A stretch of 64,000 nt of DNA, taken from Vicinamibacterales bacterium. Lineage in GTDB: Bacteria > Acidobacteriota > Vicinamibacteria > Vicinamibacterales > SCN-69-37. Made by a program: the position numbers and the translations under genes. This document shows positions 17,342-25,254 of the stretch, piece after piece; the first letter of the stretch is position 1, and every line of letters begins with the position of its first letter. The notes beneath the pieces were generated by a model that was not told the origin of the DNA, ran no database searches, and saw only the letters and a program-made list of their open reading frames with translations. Location of the stretch: assembly GCA_035550595.1 (NCBI GenBank), contig DASZOV010000004.1, forward strand, positions 43,259-107,258, read 5' to 3'.

Positions 17342-18847
17342 ATGCGCGTCCATCTCATCAATCCGAGCGACCTGTCCTTCGGCCTCGCGGTCATCACGCC
17401 GCGCTGGCTGTTCGTGCTCGCGGCCGCCACGCCCGAGCACTTCGGCGAGCCCGTGCTCGTCGATGAAACGCTGGAGCGGCTCGACGTCGAGACCATTGCG
17501 CCAGGCGACATCGTCGGCATCGGCATCCACACCGGCAATGCGCTACGCGGCTACGAGGTCGGACGCCTCGTGCGGGAGCGCGGGGCAACGGTCATCTACG
17601 GCGGCATCCACGCGACGCTGTTTCCCGACGAAGTGCTCGAGCGCGGGTCGGCGCACGCCGTCGTGAGCGGCGACGGCGACCTCGTATGGCCGGAGGCGTT
17701 GGCCGATTGCGAGGCCGGCACGTTGAAGACGCGCTACGACGGCGGCCGTGTCGAGGGCACGCGGTTCCGCCCGGCGCGCTGGGATCTCCTGCCGAAGGGC
17801 CGCTACATGTGGGCGTCTGTGCAGACCGTCCGCGGCTGCCCGAAGCACTGCTCGTTCTGCTCGGTGTGGCGCACTGACGGCCAGGCCCCCCGCAACCGCA
17901 CCGCGTCGTCGGTCATCGGCGAAATCGTGGAGCTGCGGCGGCGCGGGTTCCGCTTCATCGCACTCGCCGACGACAACTTCTATCCGGTCTCGCTGCAGGA
18001 CCTGGCCCAGGCCGCGCGGCACAAGGACCAGACGCGGCTGCACGAATTGGAGGCGCTGCGCGCCGATCGCTTCGCGCTGATGGCCGATCTGGCCAAGCTG
18101 CCGAAGGACACGGTGTTCTTCACGCAGATCACGATGGAGGCGGCCGAGGATCCCGAGTTCCTCGACGCGATGCAGCGCGCGCACATCAAGGGCGTGCTCG
18201 TCGGCGTCGAGTCGGTGACGCCAGAGGGGCTGAAGACGGTCTACAAGAACTTCAATCTCTCGGGCGACGCGCTGGCCGCGCGCCTGCGGCTGTTCCGTGA
18301 GCACGGCGTACACGTGCTCGGATCGTTCATCTTCGGCTTGCCGACCGACCGGCCCGACACGTTCGATGCAACGGCCGCGGTCGCCGAGCAGGCGGGCATC
18401 ACGTTCGCGCAGTTCGTGATGCTGACGCCGTTTCCCGGCACGATCGACTTCGAGAAATGGGAGCGCAGCTTCGAGGGCGATCCGCCGGCGGTCGACGGCG
18501 TGCCGATCACGCGCCACTGGCTGATTCCCGCCGCGAAGCGGCCGAAGTTCTACATGCCGCACCCGGCCATGACGCCCGACGAGATTCGCGCGAACACGCA
18601 GCGCGTGTGGGACCGCTTCTACGCGCTGCCGCAGATCTGGACGCGGAGCCGCTGCGTCCCCAGCTTGAAGGGCCGCCTCGGCTTTCTCCTCATCTCCAAG
18701 CTCTATCGCCAGATGTACGCCAACACGGGCATTTCGACCGACAGCGCCAGGCGATCGACGTCGATCCGCTGGGCGCGCATCATCAGCCGTCCGTGCCAGC
18801 GTCTGTTCGCCGGCCGCCCTATGCCGGACTTGCAGGTGCCGTCGTAA
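17342..18847 (+). CDS. B12-binding-domain radical SAM protein (class-B-like)
   Basis: ORF 17036..18847 trimmed to MRVHLINPSDLSFG (ATG 17342). N-terminal Rossmann-like B12 domain (GDIVGIGIHTGNALRGYEVGRLVRERGATVIYGGIH), then VRGCPKHCSFCSV = CX3CX2C. Confidence 0.85.
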   Translation: MRVHLINPSDLSFGLAVITPRWLFVLAAATPEHFGEPVLVDETLERLDVETIAPGDIVGIGIHTGNALRGYEVGRLVRERGATVIYGGIHATLFPDEVLERGSAHAVVSGDGDLVWPEALADCEAGTLKTRYDGGRVEGTRFRPARWDLLPKGRYMWASVQTVRGCPKHCSFCSVWRTDGQAPRNRTASSVIGEIVELRRRGFRFIALADDNFYPVSLQDLAQAARHKDQTRLHELEALRADRFALMADLAKLPKDTVFFTQITMEAAEDPEFLDAMQRAHIKGVLVGVESVTPEGLKTVYKNFNLSGDALAARLRLFREHGVHVLGSFIFGLPTDRPDTFDATAAVAEQAGITFAQFVMLTPFPGTIDFEKWERSFEGDPPAVDGVPITRHWLIPAAKRPKFYMPHPAMTPDEIRANTQRVWDRFYALPQIWTRSRCVPSLKGRLGFLLISKLYRQMYANTGISTDSARRSTSIRWARIISRPCQRLFAGRPMPDLQVPS

Positions 18848-18865
18848 GGCGAGTGAAGTGCTTCG

Positions 18866-18972
18866 GTCAACTTCGAACTTTGAACTGTGAACTTCGAAAT
18901 GTGGTTCTGCGCTTGGGCGTGGCTCGATCAAGAACCAATTTCGAAGTTCGAAGTTTGAAGTTCGAAGTTGAC
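18866..18972. repeat. 107-nt long hairpin element with TTCGAA-heptad arms
   Basis: Left arm GTCAACTTCGAACTTTGAACTGTGAACTTCGAAAT (18866-18900) pairs with right arm ATTTCGAAGTTCGAAGTTTGAAGTTCGAAGTTGAC (18938-18972); most mismatches are G-U compatible. Inner stem TGGTTCT/AGAACCA. Confidence 0.85.
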
Positions 18973-19028
18973 GACAGCGCCGCGTACGCATTTGGTCACG
19001 ACGCTCGAACCCACTATGATCCCGCGCC

Positions 19029-20780
19029 ATGCGCGCACATCTGCGGATTGCCTGCGCGGCGGCGGCGTTGGCGCTGGCGGCGCCGGCTCAGGCCGCGCCG
19101 CACTGGACGTACGGCACGAGCGAGCACTTCGAGGTCTACACCACCGCCGGCGAGAAGGGCGCGCGCGATGCGCTTGAGTCCTTCGAGCGGATCCGCGGAT
19201 TTTTCATCGACTATCTGAAACTCTCGCCCGCGCGACAGAACCCGACGCGGCTGGTCGTGTTCTCGGGTGATTCGGAATTCAAGCCATATCGGCTGAACGA
19301 AGCCTCGATCGCCTACTACGGACCGGGCCCGGATCGCGACGTCATCGTGATGCGCTCGCTGCACGAAGACGACGAGCCCGTCGCCGTCCACGAGTACGCG
19401 CACCTCGTCCTGCAACAGGCGGCCAATCGCTTTCCCGTCTGGTTCAACGAGGGGATCGCCGAGTTCTTCTCGACGATGGCGCCGTTCGGCGGCGCGATGA
19501 GCATCGGCCGCGTGCCGCGCGATCGACTGCTGTACCTCACGTCCGGCGTGAAGCTCATCGATCTGCCGCGCCTCTTGACCGTCGAGCGGGATTCGCCCGA
19601 ATACAACACGAAATCGCATGCCGGCGTCTTCTATTCGGAGAGCTGGGCGCTCGTGCACATGCTCATGACCGATGCGCGCTATCGCGCGGCCACCGGTCAG
19701 CTCATCGCCCTCATGTCGACCGGTACCGCGACGGCGGCGGACATCGAGCGCCTCTACGGCAAATCCCTCGCCGCGATCGCACAGGATCTCGTCGCCTACA
19801 TCCATGGTGGCCGGTACACCTATTTCTCATCTCCGTATCGCGAACCGGCGTCGGCGCAGTTCAGCGTGCGGCCCGCGACGGACTTCGAGAGCGGCCTGGC
19901 GACGGCCAATCTGCTCGCCGGTCTGAAGCAGGACGAGGCGGCCGCGCGCGCGGCCTTTGCCCGACTCGCGGCCGATCACCCGGACGACGTCTCGCTCGTC
20001 GAGTCGGAGGCCGTGTTCGAGCTGCAACACGGTCATCGGAATGCGGCCCAGCCGCTACTTCGACGCGCGATCGCGCTCGGCAGCAAGACGCCGCGCATCT
20101 ACGCGCAGTATGCGGCGATGATCGGTTCGAACGACGTCGCCGCGGCCGAACCAATCCTGAAGACGGCGACCGATCTCGCGCCCGACGATCTCGACCTGAA
20201 GCTGACGTACGCGTCCGTGCTGGTGGCCGTGCACAAGCCCGCGGACGCGATCGCCGTGCTGAAGTCGTTTCCGCGTGTCGCTGCCGATCGCGCCTACGCG
20301 TACTTCAACATCGCGGCGAATGCCCAGCTCATGCTCGACGATCTCGACGACGCGAAAGCCTCCGCGGCGCGGGCGGTGAGCTACGCGCGGCCGGGCGCCG
20401 AGGCGAGTGGCGCGAAACAGATGGCCGACATCATCGATCAGCGGCTGGCCGACCGCGCGTACGCGAAGCGCATGGCCGAGGCTGCGAGCCGTGCCGTCGC
20501 CGCTGACGAGCCTGCGCGGCTCGCGCTTTCCGGCCGGATGACGAACATGGTCTGCGGCAAGAACGCGCCCGTCGTCGAAGTGACGACGGCCGACAAGCAG
20601 GTCGTGCGGCTCGTCATCGACGATCCATTGCAGGTCATCGTCGGCGCGACGGGCGGCACGCAGATCGATCTGCAGTGCGGGCCGCAAGACCATCCCGTGC
20701 GCGTCGTCTACGAGATCGCCGAGGATGCGGCCGCGCACACGGCAGGCAAGCTGCGCGGCATCACGTTCGAGACGCCGTAG
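19029..20780 (+). CDS. Secreted MA-clan (HExxH) metallopeptidase-like protein with TPR-like repeats (DUF1570-like)
   Basis: Signal peptide MRAHLRIACAAAALALAAPAQA. HEYAHLVLQQ...WFNEGIAEFF gives HExxH plus a downstream Glu. A central Ala/Leu-rich helical repeat region is followed by a C-terminal beta domain with 2 Cys. Confidence 0.65.
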   Translation: MRAHLRIACAAAALALAAPAQAAPHWTYGTSEHFEVYTTAGEKGARDALESFERIRGFFIDYLKLSPARQNPTRLVVFSGDSEFKPYRLNEASIAYYGPGPDRDVIVMRSLHEDDEPVAVHEYAHLVLQQAANRFPVWFNEGIAEFFSTMAPFGGAMSIGRVPRDRLLYLTSGVKLIDLPRLLTVERDSPEYNTKSHAGVFYSESWALVHMLMTDARYRAATGQLIALMSTGTATAADIERLYGKSLAAIAQDLVAYIHGGRYTYFSSPYREPASAQFSVRPATDFESGLATANLLAGLKQDEAAARAAFARLAADHPDDVSLVESEAVFELQHGHRNAAQPLLRRAIALGSKTPRIYAQYAAMIGSNDVAAAEPILKTATDLAPDDLDLKLTYASVLVAVHKPADAIAVLKSFPRVAADRAYAYFNIAANAQLMLDDLDDAKASAARAVSYARPGAEASGAKQMADIIDQRLADRAYAKRMAEAASRAVAADEPARLALSGRMTNMVCGKNAPVVEVTTADKQVVRLVIDDPLQVIVGATGGTQIDLQCGPQDHPVRVVYEIAEDAAAHTAGKLRGITFETP

Positions 20781-20849
20781 CGGCCCGGCGATTCACCGAA
20801 GCGCCGCGAAGACGCGTGCGGCGGCCCGGGCTCGACGAGTCGCCGCGCG

Positions 20850-23294
20850 CTAGCGCAGCGCGTCGCCGCGCAGCGTATAGGTCGTGCCCGGTGTCGTCGC
20901 GATCGTGCGGACGACGTCGCCACGGCGCACGTGTAGGGGACCGCCGAGTCGCGACGTGAGGTCCGCGCGGACCAGTTTGCCATCGGCCCACGACAGACTG
21001 ATGTCGAACCCGCCGCGTGCGCGGAGGCCCGTCACGCGACCTTCCGGCCATGCCGACGGAAGCGCGGGCAAGAGCGAGACTTCGCCGCGCTGACTCTGCA
21101 CGAGCATCTCCGCGATGGCCGCGGTGCCGCCGAAGTTGCCGTCGATTTGGAACGGCGGGTGCGCGTCGAACATGTCCGGATACGTGCGTTCGGGACTCAG
21201 CAGGAAGCGCAGGATCTTGTACGCGTGCTCGCCGTCGCCGAGCCGCGTCCACAGCGCGATGCGCCAGGCCGTCGCCCATCCCGTGGCCTCGTCGCCGCGA
21301 ATTTCGAGCGAGCGCTTCGCCGCGGCAGCCAGTTCCGGCGTCGCGCGCGGATCGATCTGCGCACTCGGATAGAGCGCGTAGAGGTGCGACACGTGCCGGT
21401 GATGGATGTCAGGCGCCTGCATGTCCCAATCGGCCAGCCACTCCTGGAGCTGACCCGCGGATCCGACCTGCATCGGCGCGAGCCGATCGCGCGTCGCCGA
21501 CCAGCGCGCGCGAAGCGGCGCATCCACGCCCAGCGCCTCGGAGGCGTTGATCGTCGCGGTGAACAAGTCGCGCAGGATCTCTTCGTCCATCGTCGGTCCC
21601 GCCGTGACCGCCGCGCCGAACGGATGCGCGTGTTCGGGGGAGAGCGACGGCGAGGTGACGAGCCAGTGGTGCGTCGGCTCTTCGACGAGCGTGTCGAGGA
21701 AGAAGGCGGACGCGCCCTTCAGCGCGGGATAGATCGTCTGCAGGAACGTGCGATCGCCGGTGTACTCGTAACGCTGCCACGCCGTGAGCGCGAGCCATGC
21801 GCCGCCGGTCGGCCACATGCCGTACGCCGCGCCGTCGATCGGGCCCGTCGCGCGCCAGAGATCCGTGTTGTGGTGCGTCACCCACCCGTCCGCGCCGTAC
21901 ATCGCACGCGCCGTTCGCGCGCCGGTGACGGTCAGGTCCTGCACCATGGCGATGAGCGGATCGAGGCACTCGTCGAGGTTGGTCGACTCGACGGGCCAGT
22001 AGTTCATCTCCGTGTTGATGTTGATCGTGTACTTGCTGCCCCACGGGGGATCGAGGCTGTCGTTCCACAAGCCTTGCAGGTTGGCGGGCTGACCGCCGGG
22101 ACGCGAGCTCGAGATCAGCAGATAGCGCCCGAACTGGAAGTAGAGCGCCGCGAAGGCCGGATCGCCGCCGTTGGCGAACGCCGCGATGCGCTCGTCGGTC
22201 GGTCGCGCCGACGCAGCGGTGCGACCGAGATCGATCGATACACGCCGGAACAGTCGCTGATGTTCCCGCACGTGCGCGTCGCGCAGCGCGTCGAAAGACT
22301 TGGCTGAGGCGCGCGCAATAGTTTCCCGTGTCCGCGCCTCCGGATTGCCGCTCACGTCGTCGAAGCGGACGTAGCTCGTCGCCGCCGCGATGAGGAGCGT
22401 CGCCGCGTTCGCGCCAGCAACCGACACCGTATCGCCGTTGGCCGTCGTCTGTCCGCCGTCCGCGAGGACACGCACGCGCGTCTGGAAGGTGAGCGCGCCA
22501 GTGAGCGGCTGGCCGTCGGCCGTCTTGCCCGCGCCGTCGCCGTTCACGCCCGCCATGACGATCGTCCCGTCCGGACTGGCCGTGACCGTCGCGTGGAGCG
22601 GCGTCGCCATCGACGCACGGAACGCGATCTGTCCGGGCCGGCTCGCCGTGAGGTGCACGACGATGACCTGATCGACGGGGGAGGCGAAGACCTGGCGCGT
22701 GAACGTCGTGCCGCCAGTCGTGTACGACGTGCGCGCGATCGCGGTGTCGAGATCGAGATCGCGGCGGTAGTTGGCGACCGACGTGGTGTCCGGGAACGTC
22801 AGGTACAGGCTGCCGATCGTCTCGTACGGCATCTGCCGCGGCGGCGTGCTGAGCACGCGCTCGTCGACGAGCTTCGCTGCGTCGCGATATCGCGCATCTG
22901 CGATGAGCTGCCGGACCCGGGGCAGCGCGTCGTGCGCCGCAGGATTGACGGGATCGTACGGCCGTCCCGCCCAGAGCGTGTCTTCGTTCAACTGCAGCCG
23001 TTCGTGCACGACGCCGCCGAAGACCATCGCGCCGATGCGCCCGTTGCCGACCGGCAGCGCGCGCACCCACTCCGCGGTCGCCGCATCGGACGGCTTCGCC
23101 GGCTCAGGGACGACGGGCGCGTGATCAGCGGCGGGGCGACGATACCAGAGCGTGAGTGGGGAAGTCGGCGCGGCGGCTTCGCCGGTGAATTGGACGGAGG
23201 CGGGCGCTGGCGCCGTTGCATCCTGCGCCGCGGGTTGCGCGACGCTCATGGCGATGGCCATCCCGACGCAGACCGCGGCGGCCAGGCTTTTCAC
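20850..23294 (-). CDS. Glycoside hydrolase family 95 (alpha-L-fucosidase-type), secreted
   Basis: ORF 20850..23717 trimmed to GTG 23294 ([24 protein letters not shown] signal). GH95 N-terminal motif LWYRRPA...[35 protein letters not shown]. Confidence 0.85.
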   Translation of the reverse strand: MKSLAAAVCVGMAIAMSVAQPAAQDATAPAPASVQFTGEAAAPTSPLTLWYRRPAADHAPVVPEPAKPSDAATAEWVRALPVGNGRIGAMVFGGVVHERLQLNEDTLWAGRPYDPVNPAAHDALPRVRQLIADARYRDAAKLVDERVLSTPPRQMPYETIGSLYLTFPDTTSVANYRRDLDLDTAIARTSYTTGGTTFTRQVFASPVDQVIVVHLTASRPGQIAFRASMATPLHATVTASPDGTIVMAGVNGDGAGKTADGQPLTGALTFQTRVRVLADGGQTTANGDTVSVAGANAATLLIAAATSYVRFDDVSGNPEARTRETIARASAKSFDALRDAHVREHQRLFRRVSIDLGRTAASARPTDERIAAFANGGDPAFAALYFQFGRYLLISSSRPGGQPANLQGLWNDSLDPPWGSKYTININTEMNYWPVESTNLDECLDPLIAMVQDLTVTGARTARAMYGADGWVTHHNTDLWRATGPIDGAAYGMWPTGGAWLALTAWQRYEYTGDRTFLQTIYPALKGASAFFLDTLVEEPTHHWLVTSPSLSPEHAHPFGAAVTAGPTMDEEILRDLFTATINASEALGVDAPLRARWSATRDRLAPMQVGSAGQLQEWLADWDMQAPDIHHRHVSHLYALYPSAQIDPRATPELAAAAKRSLEIRGDEATGWATAWRIALWTRLGDGEHAYKILRFLLSPERTYPDMFDAHPPFQIDGNFGGTAAIAEMLVQSQRGEVSLLPALPSAWPEGRVTGLRARGGFDISLSWADGKLVRADLTSRLGGPLHVRRGDVVRTIATTPGTTYTLRGDALR

Positions 23295-23677
23295 GGGTTT
23301 TGCGCCGGCCAGGCGATCGTCAGCAGCAAGGCGCTGTCTTCGATCGCTTCGACGTCGTGCGGGACGTCGCGATTGAGTGTGAGGAGCGCGCCAGTGGGCA
23401 GGTCGAACGTGCGGCCTTCGGCGCGGACGTGGACGTGGCCCTCGATCGTCTGGATCGACACGCGACCGCGCGCGCGGTGTTCGGGCACGCGGGCGTGCGC
23501 CTGCAGTGCGAGCAAGACGATGCGGAGGTCGTCGTACTTGACGAGGGTCTTCGCGTTCTGGCCCTGCTGCCACTCGGGCTCGAGGTGCAGCGCGCTCACT
23601 TCGCGCGCGAGATCGAATTCCAGGAAGGGCGCCGCCATGGGCGGCGAGTGCGGTCGGCGACGCGGGGTGTCGGACAT
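23291..23677 (-). CDS. Cupin-domain protein
   Basis: 128-aa ORF. Beta-barrel motif ...[51 protein letters not shown]. Its stop overlaps the GH95 GTG (GTGA). Confidence 0.75.
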   Translation of the reverse strand: MSDTPRRRPHSPPMAAPFLEFDLAREVSALHLEPEWQQGQNAKTLVKYDDLRIVLLALQAHARVPEHRARGRVSIQTIEGHVHVRAEGRTFDLPTGALLTLNRDVPHDVEAIEDSALLLTIAWPAQNP

Positions 23678-23700
23678 GGGAGCTCCCTGGCGCAGGCGCG

Positions 23701-24084
23701 TCAGCGCCGGCGTCCACGTGGCGATCGGGATGCCGGTCTCACGTGGCCGGCGAGGTACTCCTGAAGCGCCACCGCATTATTGTGCACGGTATCGCGCGAA
23801 CTGAAGACGAGCGTCACCCGCCCGCGCCGCGCCGCGGCGGCGATGGGTGCCCATGCCTCTGGCCGAGCGTCGAGCTCGCGGAAATAGCGCGTGCGGAACG
23901 CGTCCCACTTCGCCGGATCGTGGCTGAACCACTTACGGAGCGCCGTGCTCGGCCCCACGTCGGGCAGCCAGGCCTCGAGCGGCAGATCCGTCTTCTTGAT
24001 GCCGCGCGGCCACAACCGCTCCACGAGAAATCGGGCCCCGTCGTCTTTGGCTGGTGGGTCGTACGCGCGTTTCAGAGTGATCAT
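23701..24084 (-). CDS. DUF488 (YeaO-like) family protein
   Basis: [71 protein letters not shown] matches the DUF488 pattern. Confidence 0.8.
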   Translation of the reverse strand: MITLKRAYDPPAKDDGARFLVERLWPRGIKKTDLPLEAWLPDVGPSTALRKWFSHDPAKWDAFRTRYFRELDARPEAWAPIAAAARRGRVTLVFSSRDTVHNNAVALQEYLAGHVRPASRSPRGRRR

Positions 24085-24089
24085 TGGCT

Positions 24090-24253
24090 GTCATCTTTTT
24101 TGCAGTGCGTTGGGGCCCCACCCCCAACGCTACGCGCTTCGCCGCCCTCGCTACGCTCGCGAGTCATCTTCTTTGCAATGGCGCGGGGCCCCACCCCCGC
24201 GCTACGCGCTTCGCCACCCTCGCTACGCTCGGGGGCTCGCGGTGTCATCTTTC
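24090..24253 (-). repeat. REP-like element, tandem copies B1 (24090-24162, internal ~9-nt deletion) and B2 (24163-24253)
   Basis: The reverse complement of B2 reads GATGACACCGCGAGCCCCCGAGCGTAGCGAGGGTGGCGAAGCGCGTAGCGCGGGGGTGGGGCCCCGCGCCATTGCAAAGAAGATGAC. B1 has the GCGTTGGGG/CCCCAACGC stem variant. Confidence 0.85.
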
Positions 24254-24276
24254 TTAATTGTTGTCTTTACCTTTAG

Positions 24277-24305
24277 CCTTCGCGATCTTCGCGCCTTCGC
24301 GTGAG
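24277..24305 (-). repeat. CGCGAAG-octamer repeat block (28-mer core)
   Basis: The reverse complement is TCACGCGAAGGCGCGAAGATCGCGAAGG, identical to 51688-51715 and 27/28 identical to 52718-52745. Confidence 0.85.
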
Positions 24306-24420
24306 ATTTCCGGCCCATCCCCTGTCTTCCTGTCCCTCGTCCCGCTCTTGCCGCGAAGCCGTCTCTTCCACGATACTGCCGGCGTCATCCCGCACGTTCA
24401 CTCCAGAAGGAGCGTCCACG

Positions 24421-25254
24421 ATGAATCGACGTCAGTTTCTGCGGATCGGCGCGCCTGTCGCCGCTCCGCTGCTCATCGCCCGCCGGTCGGCCGCCGCGGC
24501 CGCCGTATCTCTGCAAACGCCGCCTGCGCCCGCGCCGGGCGCCGACGGCTGGATCGCGCTCTTCAACGGCCGCAATCTCGACGGCTGGTACACGTATCTT
24601 CAACGATCCGGCCGCAACCCGGCGAACATCGACGAGTACGCACGCGTCGAGAACGGCTTGCTGCACATTCTCGATCGTGACGTCGACGCCGGCCAGACCG
24701 AGAGCGGATTTCTCTCGACGCTCACCGAGTACGAGAACGTGCGTATCCGCGTCGAGTACAAATGGGGCGTGAAGCGTTTTGCCCCGCGCCTCGAGAACAA
24801 GCGTGACAACGGCCTCCTCTACTACGTCGTCGGCCCGGACCACGTGTTCCCGCGCTGCATCGAGTGTCAAATCCAGGAGACCGACGTCGGCGACGTGTTC
24901 TTCGTCGACAAGACGCGCGGCGTGCAGGGCGGGCTCCCGGGCTTCGGCGGCTCCGGCTTCATCGGCCTCGTCAACGGCACGCCGAACGCGCGGCCCGGAG
25001 TGTCGACCTCGCGGCTGCTCAAGGACGGTGACTTCGAGAACCGTGACGACTGGAACACGGTCGAGGTCATCGCGCAGGGCGACCGCGCCACACAGCTCGT
25101 CAACGGCCGTATCGTGAATCGCCTCATGAATCTCGAACAGCCCGATCCGGATCACGACGGACAATTCATCCCGCTCACGCGCGGCCGGATCGGCATCGAG
25201 ATCGAGTTCGCGGAGATCTGGTATCGCCGGATCGACGTCAAGCCGCTCGCATGA
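24421..25254 (+). CDS. DUF1080 (3-keto-disaccharide hydrolase-like) protein with Tat-type signal
   Basis: ORF 24301..25254 trimmed to MNRRQFLRIGAPVAAPLLIA (twin-Arg signal). GWIALFNGRNLDGWY ... WNTVEVIAQGDRATQLVNGRIVN ... GRIGIEIEFAEIWYRRIDVKPL is the classic DUF1080 pattern. Confidence 0.8.
   Translation: MNRRQFLRIGAPVAAPLLIARRSAAAAAVSLQTPPAPAPGADGWIALFNGRNLDGWYTYLQRSGRNPANIDEYARVENGLLHILDRDVDAGQTESGFLSTLTEYENVRIRVEYKWGVKRFAPRLENKRDNGLLYYVVGPDHVFPRCIECQIQETDVGDVFFVDKTRGVQGGLPGFGGSGFIGLVNGTPNARPGVSTSRLLKDGDFENRDDWNTVEVIAQGDRATQLVNGRIVNRLMNLEQPDPDHDGQFIPLTRGRIGIEIEFAEIWYRRIDVKPLA

Noticed and set aside
20795-20850. Short CGCGAAGACGCG string in the convergent gap after the HExxH/TPR gene as another repeat-array copy.
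   Set aside because: There is only one and a half units, too short to distinguish from chance in this composition.
23743-24304. ORFs translated across REP-like elements and repeat arrays. Examples: 23743-24276, 23891-24304, 14974-16077 tail, 39810-40248 set, 45318-46121, 45821-46117, 61784-62089, 61786-62361, 18457-19218, 27031-27657.
   Set aside because: They exist only because the repeats lack stop codons. Their peptides (…PPSLRSGARG…, …NFELRT…, …PGSRVQRS…) recur wherever the repeat recurs, irrespective of frame context.
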